Below, one piece after another: positions 58,045-64,000 of a stretch of 64,000 bases of DNA (within the stretch, counting starts at the first letter, position 1; each line of letters starts with the position of its first letter). Under the pieces are notes generated by a model. The model ran no database searches. It saw only the letters and a program-made list of their open reading frames with translations, and was not told where the DNA came from. Where the stretch lies: NCBI RefSeq assembly GCF_017348835.2, contig NZ_CP071375.1; one strand, 5' to 3'. The position numbers were made by a program, and so were the translations under genes. This stretch comes from Escherichia coli (GTDB taxonomy: Bacteria; Pseudomonadota; Gammaproteobacteria; Enterobacterales; Enterobacteriaceae).

Positions 58045-58761
58045 ATGAGACTCGAGTTTTCAATTTATCGCTATAACCCGGATGTTGATGATGCTCCGCG
58101 TATGCAGGATTACACCCTGGAAGCGGAAGAAGGTCGCGACATGATGCTGCTGGATGCGCTTATCCAGCTGAAAGAGAAAGATCCCAGCCTGTCGTTCCGC
58201 CGCTCCTGCCGTGAAGGTGTGTGCGGTTCCGACGGTCTGAACATGAACGGCAAGAATGGTCTGGCCTGTATTACCCCGATTTCGGCACTCAACCAGCCGG
58301 GCAAGAAGATTGTGATTCGCCCTCTGCCAGGTTTACCGGTGATCCGCGATTTGGTGGTAGACATGGGACAATTCTATGCGCAATATGAGAAAATTAAGCC
58401 TTACCTGTTGAATAATGAACAAAATCCGCCAGCTCGCGAGCATTTACAGATGCCAGAGCAGCGCGAAAAACTCGACGGGCTGTATGAATGTATTCTCTGC
58501 GCATGTTGTTCAACCTCTTGTCCGTCTTTCTGGTGGAATCCCGATAAGTTTATCGGCCCGGCAGGCTTGTTAGCGGCATATCGTTTCCTGATCGATAGCC
58601 GTGATACCGAGACTGACAGCCGCCTCGACGGTTTGAGCGATGCATTCAGCGTATTCCGCTGTCACAGCATCATGAACTGCGTCAGTGTATGTCCGAAGGG
58701 GCTGAACCCGACGCGCGCCATCGGTCATATCAAGTCGATGTTGTTGCAACGTAATGCGTAA
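58045..58761 (+). CDS. sdhB: succinate dehydrogenase iron-sulfur subunit
   Basis: 238-aa ORF with cysteine clusters for the 2Fe-2S, 4Fe-4S and 3Fe-4S centres. Confidence 0.97.
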   Translation: MRLEFSIYRYNPDVDDAPRMQDYTLEAEEGRDMMLLDALIQLKEKDPSLSFRRSCREGVCGSDGLNMNGKNGLACITPISALNQPGKKIVIRPLPGLPVIRDLVVDMGQFYAQYEKIKPYLLNNEQNPPAREHLQMPEQREKLDGLYECILCACCSTSCPSFWWNPDKFIGPAGLLAAYRFLIDSRDTETDSRLDGLSDAFSVFRCHSIMNCVSVCPKGLNPTRAIGHIKSMLLQRNA

Positions 58762-58762
58762 A

Positions 58763-58885
58763 CCGTAGGCCTGATAAGACGCGCAAGCGTCGCATCAGGC
58801 AACCAGTGCCGGATGCGGCGTGAACGCCTTATCCGGCCTACAAGTCATTACCCGTAGGCCTGATAAGCGCAGCGCATCAGGCGTA
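58763..58885. repeat. BIME cluster (three REP units)
   Basis: Three alternating REP palindromes between sdhB and the sucA promoter region. Confidence 0.75.
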
Positions 58886-59061
58886 ACAAAGAAATGCAGG
58901 AAATCTTTAAAAACTGCCCCTGACACTAAGACAGTTTTTAAAGGTTCCTTCGCGAGCCACTACGTAGACAAGAGCTCGCAAGTGAACCCCGGCACGCACA
59001 TCACTGTGCGTGGTAGTATCCACGGCGAAGTAAGCATAAAAAAGATGCTTAAGGGATCACG

Positions 59062-61863
59062 ATGCAGAACAGCGCTTTGAAAGCCTGGTTGGACTCTTCT
59101 TACCTCTCTGGCGCAAACCAGAGCTGGATAGAACAGCTCTATGAAGACTTCTTAACCGATCCTGACTCGGTTGACGCTAACTGGCGTTCGACGTTCCAGC
59201 AGTTACCTGGTACGGGAGTCAAACCGGATCAATTCCACTCTCAAACGCGTGAATATTTCCGCCGCCTGGCGAAAGACGCTTCACGTTACTCTTCAACGAT
59301 CTCCGACCCTGACACCAATGTGAAGCAGGTTAAAGTCCTGCAGCTCATTAACGCATACCGCTTCCGTGGTCACCAGCATGCGAATCTCGATCCGCTGGGA
59401 CTGTGGCAGCAAGATAAAGTGGCCGATCTGGATCCGTCTTTCCACGATCTGACCGAAGCAGACTTCCAGGAGACCTTCAACGTCGGTTCATTTGCCAGCG
59501 GCAAAGAAACCATGAAACTCGGCGAGCTGCTGGAAGCCCTCAAGCAAACCTACTGCGGCCCGATTGGTGCCGAGTATATGCACATCACCAGCACCGAAGA
59601 AAAACGCTGGATCCAACAGCGTATCGAGTCTGGTCGCGCGACTTTCAATAGCGAAGAGAAAAAACGCTTCTTAAGCGAACTGACCGCCGCTGAAGGCCTT
59701 GAACGTTACCTCGGCGCAAAATTCCCTGGCGCAAAACGCTTCTCGCTGGAAGGCGGTGACGCGTTAATCCCGATGCTTAAAGAGATGATCCGCCACGCTG
59801 GCAACAGCGGCACCCGGGAAGTGGTTCTCGGGATGGCGCACCGTGGTCGTCTGAACGTGTTGGTGAACGTGCTGGGTAAAAAACCGCAAGACTTGTTCGA
59901 CGAGTTTGCCGGTAAACATAAAGAACACCTCGGCACGGGTGACGTGAAATACCACATGGGCTTCTCGTCTGACTTCCAGACCGATGGCGGCCTGGTGCAC
60001 CTGGCGCTGGCGTTTAACCCGTCTCACCTTGAGATTGTAAGCCCGGTAGTTATCGGCTCTGTTCGTGCCCGTCTGGACAGACTTGATGAGCCGAGCAGCA
60101 ACAAAGTGCTGCCAATCACCATCCACGGTGACGCCGCAGTGACCGGGCAGGGCGTGGTTCAGGAAACCCTGAACATGTCGAAAGCGCGTGGTTATGAAGT
60201 TGGCGGTACGGTACGTATCGTTATCAACAACCAGGTTGGTTTCACCACCTCTAATCCGCTGGATGCCCGTTCTACACCGTACTGTACTGATATCGGTAAG
60301 ATGGTTCAGGCACCGATTTTCCACGTTAACGCGGATGATCCGGAAGCCGTTGCCTTTGTGACCCGTCTGGCGCTCGATTTCCGTAACACCTTTAAACGTG
60401 ATGTCTTCATCGACCTGGTGTGCTACCGCCGTCACGGCCACAACGAAGCCGACGAGCCGAGCGCAACCCAGCCGCTGATGTATCAGAAAATCAAAAAACA
60501 TCCGACGCCGCGCAAAATCTACGCTGACAAGCTGGAGCAGGAAAAAGTGGCGACGCTGGAAGATGCCACCGAGATGGTTAACCTGTACCGCGATGCGCTG
60601 GATGCTGGCGATTGCGTGGTAGCAGAGTGGCGTCCGATGAACATGCACTCTTTCACCTGGTCGCCGTACCTCAACCACGAATGGGACGAAGAGTACCCGA
60701 ACAAAGTTGAGATGAAGCGCCTGCAGGAACTGGCTAAACGCATCAGCACGGTGCCGGAAGCAGTTGAAATGCAGTCTCGCGTTGCCAAGATTTATGGCGA
60801 TCGCCAGGCAATGGCTGCCGGTGAGAAACTGTTCGACTGGGGCGGCGCGGAAAACCTCGCTTACGCCACGCTGGTTGATGAAGGCATTCCGGTTCGCCTG
60901 TCGGGCGAAGACTCCGGTCGCGGTACCTTCTTCCACCGCCACGCGGTGATCCACAACCAGTCTAACGGTTCCACTTACACGCCGCTGCAACACATCCATA
61001 ACGGCCAGGGCGCGTTCCGTGTCTGGGACTCCGTACTGTCTGAAGAAGCAGTGCTGGCGTTTGAATACGGTTATGCCACCGCAGAACCACGCACTCTGAC
61101 TATCTGGGAAGCTCAGTTCGGTGACTTCGCCAACGGTGCGCAGGTGGTTATCGACCAGTTCATTTCCTCTGGCGAACAGAAATGGGGCCGGATGTGTGGT
61201 CTGGTGATGTTGCTGCCGCACGGTTATGAAGGGCAGGGGCCGGAGCACTCCTCCGCGCGTCTGGAACGTTATCTGCAACTTTGTGCTGAGCAAAACATGC
61301 AGGTGTGCGTACCGTCTACCCCGGCACAGGTTTACCACATGCTGCGTCGTCAGGCGCTGCGCGGGATGCGTCGTCCGCTGGTCGTGATGTCGCCGAAATC
61401 CCTGCTGCGTCATCCGCTGGCGGTTTCCAGCCTCGAAGAACTGGCGAACGGCACCTTCCTGCCAGCCATCGGTGAAATCGACGAGCTTGATCCGAAGGGC
61501 GTGAAGCGCGTAGTGATGTGTTCTGGTAAGGTTTATTACGACCTGCTGGAACAACGTCGTAAGAACAATCAACACGATGTCGCCATTGTGCGTATCGAGC
61601 AACTCTACCCGTTCCCGCATAAAGCGATGCAGGAAGTGTTGCAGCAGTTTGCTCACGTCAAGGATTTTGTCTGGTGCCAGGAAGAGCCGCTCAACCAGGG
61701 CGCATGGTACTGCAGCCAGCATCATTTCCGTGAAGTGATTCCGTTTGGGGCTTCTCTGCGTTATGCAGGCCGCCCGGCCTCCGCCTCTCCGGCGGTAGGG
61801 TATATGTCCGTTCACCAGAAACAGCAACAAGATCTGGTTAATGACGCGCTGAACGTCGAATAA
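59062..61863 (+). CDS. sucA: 2-oxoglutarate dehydrogenase E1 component
   Basis: 933-aa [33 protein letters not shown]...; recognised as SucA. Confidence 0.97.
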   Translation: MQNSALKAWLDSSYLSGANQSWIEQLYEDFLTDPDSVDANWRSTFQQLPGTGVKPDQFHSQTREYFRRLAKDASRYSSTISDPDTNVKQVKVLQLINAYRFRGHQHANLDPLGLWQQDKVADLDPSFHDLTEADFQETFNVGSFASGKETMKLGELLEALKQTYCGPIGAEYMHITSTEEKRWIQQRIESGRATFNSEEKKRFLSELTAAEGLERYLGAKFPGAKRFSLEGGDALIPMLKEMIRHAGNSGTREVVLGMAHRGRLNVLVNVLGKKPQDLFDEFAGKHKEHLGTGDVKYHMGFSSDFQTDGGLVHLALAFNPSHLEIVSPVVIGSVRARLDRLDEPSSNKVLPITIHGDAAVTGQGVVQETLNMSKARGYEVGGTVRIVINNQVGFTTSNPLDARSTPYCTDIGKMVQAPIFHVNADDPEAVAFVTRLALDFRNTFKRDVFIDLVCYRRHGHNEADEPSATQPLMYQKIKKHPTPRKIYADKLEQEKVATLEDATEMVNLYRDALDAGDCVVAEWRPMNMHSFTWSPYLNHEWDEEYPNKVEMKRLQELAKRISTVPEAVEMQSRVAKIYGDRQAMAAGEKLFDWGGAENLAYATLVDEGIPVRLSGEDSGRGTFFHRHAVIHNQSNGSTYTPLQHIHNGQGAFRVWDSVLSEEAVLAFEYGYATAEPRTLTIWEAQFGDFANGAQVVIDQFISSGEQKWGRMCGLVMLLPHGYEGQGPEHSSARLERYLQLCAEQNMQVCVPSTPAQVYHMLRRQALRGMRRPLVVMSPKSLLRHPLAVSSLEELANGTFLPAIGEIDELDPKGVKRVVMCSGKVYYDLLEQRRKNNQHDVAIVRIEQLYPFPHKAMQEVLQQFAHVKDFVWCQEEPLNQGAWYCSQHHFREVIPFGASLRYAGRPASASPAVGYMSVHQKQQQDLVNDALNVE

Positions 61864-61877
61864 ATAAAGGATACACA

Positions 61878-63095
61878 ATGAGTAGCGTAGATATTCTGGT
61901 CCCTGACCTGCCTGAATCCGTAGCCGATGCCACCGTCGCAACCTGGCATAAAAAACCCGGCGACGCAGTCGTACGTGATGAAGTGCTGGTAGAAATCGAA
62001 ACTGACAAAGTGGTACTGGAAGTACCGGCATCAGCAGACGGCATTCTGGATGCGGTTCTGGAAGATGAAGGTACAACGGTAACGTCTCGTCAGATCCTCG
62101 GTCGCCTGCGTGAAGGCAACAGCGCCGGTAAAGAAACCAGCGCCAAATCTGAAGAGAAAGCGTCCACTCCGGCGCAACGCCAGCAGGCGTCTCTGGAAGA
62201 GCAAAACAACGATGCGTTAAGCCCGGCGATCCGTCGCCTGCTGGCTGAACACAACCTCGACGCCAGCGCCATTAAAGGCACCGGTGTGGGTGGTCGTCTG
62301 ACTCGTGAAGATGTGGAAAAACATCTGGCGAAAGCCCCGGCGAAAGAGTCTGCTCCGGCAGCGGCTGCTCCGGCGGCGCAACCGGCTCTGGCTGCACGTA
62401 GCGAAAAACGTGTCCCGATGACTCGCCTGCGTAAGCGTGTGGCAGAGCGTCTGCTGGAAGCGAAAAACTCCACCGCCATGCTGACCACGTTCAACGAAGT
62501 CAACATGAAGCCGATTATGGATCTGCGTAAGCAGTACGGTGAAGCGTTTGAAAAACGCCACGGCATCCGTCTGGGCTTTATGTCCTTCTACGTGAAAGCG
62601 GTGGTTGAAGCCCTGAAACGTTACCCGGAAGTGAATGCTTCTATCGACGGCGATGATGTGGTTTACCACAACTATTTCGACGTCAGCATGGCGGTTTCTA
62701 CGCCGCGTGGCCTGGTGACGCCGGTACTGCGTGATGTCGATACCCTCGGCATGGCAGACATCGAGAAGAAAATCAAAGAGCTGGCAGTTAAAGGCCGTGA
62801 CGGCAAGCTGACGGTTGAAGATCTGACCGGTGGTAACTTCACCATCACCAACGGTGGTGTGTTCGGTTCCCTGATGTCTACGCCGATCATCAACCCGCCG
62901 CAGAGCGCAATCCTGGGTATGCACGCTATCAAAGATCGTCCGATGGCGGTGAATGGTCAGGTTGAGATCCTGCCGATGATGTACCTGGCGCTGTCCTACG
63001 ATCACCGTCTGATCGATGGTCGCGAATCCGTGGGCTTCCTGGTAACGATCAAAGAGTTGCTGGAAGATCCGACGCGTCTGCTGCTGGACGTGTAG
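61878..63095 (+). CDS. sucB: dihydrolipoyllysine succinyltransferase E2 component
   Basis: 405-aa ORF with an N-terminal lipoyl domain ([11 protein letters not shown]), an Ala/Pro-rich linker and the catalytic motif DHRLIDG. Confidence 0.97.
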
Positions 63096-63114
63096 TAGTT
63101 TAAGTTTCACCTGC

Positions 63115-63297
63115 ACTGTAGACCGGATAAGACATTATCGCCTTCTCCGGCAATTGAAGCCTGATGCGACGCTTAACGCGTCTTATCAGGCCTACGGGAA
63201 GCACCGATGTAGGTCGGATAAGGCGCTCGCGCCGCATCCGACAAGCGATGCCAGATGCGACGCTTACACGTCTTATCAGGCCTACGGGTGACCGACA
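63115..63297. repeat. BIME cluster (several REP units)
   Basis: REP palindromes gcctgatgcgacgcttaacgcgtcttatcaggcctac, gtaggtcggataaggcgctcgcgccgcatccgac and gccagatgcgacgcttacacgtcttatcaggcctac in the sucB-sucC spacer. Confidence 0.75.
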
Positions 63298-63370
63298 ATA
63301 CCCGGAAGCGATACGAAATATTCGGTCTACGGTTTAAAAGATAACGATTACTGAAGGATGGACAGAACAC

Positions 63371-64000
63371 ATGAACTTACATGAATATCAGGCAAAACAA
63401 CTGTTTGCCCGCTATGGCTTACCAGCACCGGTGGGTTATGCCTGTACTACTCCGCGCGAAGCAGAAGAAGCCGCTTCAAAAATCGGTGCCGGTCCGTGGG
63501 TAGTGAAATGTCAGGTTCACGCTGGTGGCCGCGGTAAAGCGGGCGGTGTGAAAGTTGTAAACAGCAAAGAAGACATCCGTGCTTTTGCAGAAAACTGGCT
63601 GGGCAAGCGTCTGGTAACGTATCAAACAGATGCCAATGGCCAACCGGTTAACCAGATTCTGGTTGAAGCGGCGACCGATATCGCTAAAGAGCTGTATCTC
63701 GGTGCCGTTGTTGACCGTAGTTCACGTCGCGTGGTCTTTATGGCCTCTACCGAAGGCGGCGTGGAAATCGAAAAAGTGGCGGAAGAAACTCCGCACCTGA
63801 TCCACAAAGTTGCGCTTGATCCGCTGACTGGCCCGATGCCGTATCAGGGACGCGAGCTGGCGTTCAAACTGGGTCTGGAAGGTAAACTGGTTCAGCAGTT
63901 CACCAAAATCTTCATGGGCCTGGCGACCATTTTCCTGGAGCGCGACCTGGCGCTGATCGAAATCAACCCGCTGGTCATCACCAAACAGGGTGATCTGATT
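63371..64000 (+). CDS. sucC: succinyl-CoA synthetase beta subunit (5' part; continues beyond the window)
   Basis: Open frame from ATG 63371 translating to [63 protein letters not shown]...; no stop inside the window. Confidence 0.95.

Noticed and set aside
59764-62076. 770-aa ORF antisense to sucA and sucB
   Set aside because: Lies entirely opposite two confidently identified genes; long antisense reading frames are common opposite GC-rich, codon-biased genes. No recognisable domain, no Shine-Dalgarno context, no independent intergenic signal.

Overview
This window reads as a contiguous stretch of Escherichia coli core chromosome, running from lnt to the start of sucC, and I found no convincing evidence of a novel or undescribed biological system. 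Gene order (all identified by recognising the translated ORFs; no database search was run): lnt-corC-ybeY-ybeZ-miaB (minus), ubiF (plus), a seven-gene tRNA operon glnX-glnV-metU-glnW-glnU-leuW-metT (minus), asnB, nagD-nagC-nagA-nagB (minus) divergent from nagE, glnS, chiPQ, fur with its upstream uof leader ORF, fldA, ybfE, ybfF, seqA-pgm, potE-speF with the speFL leader, kdpFABCDE, ybfA, ybgA-phr, dtpD, ybgI-pxpBCA-nei, abrB, the cryptic chaperone-usher fimbrial operon ybgOPQD, gltA, sdhCDAB and sucAB with the 5' end of sucC. Relative to my memory of the K-12 map, the points of interest are: (1) an IS200-type element inserted between the convergent pgm and potE terminators; (2) an ERIC element with a partial tandem duplication in the leader between speFL and speF; (3) ybfA lying directly next to ybgA, with no RhsC element between them. 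REP/BIME clusters, intrinsic terminators and a few regulatory sites are also annotated. Several ORF-track entries carry spurious N-terminal extensions or begin on GTG/TTG; starts were adjusted to the conserved protein N-termini where I recognised them. Long ORFs antisense to sucA, sdhA, nagE, kdpB and others are treated as shadow ORFs. All coordinates include the stop codon.
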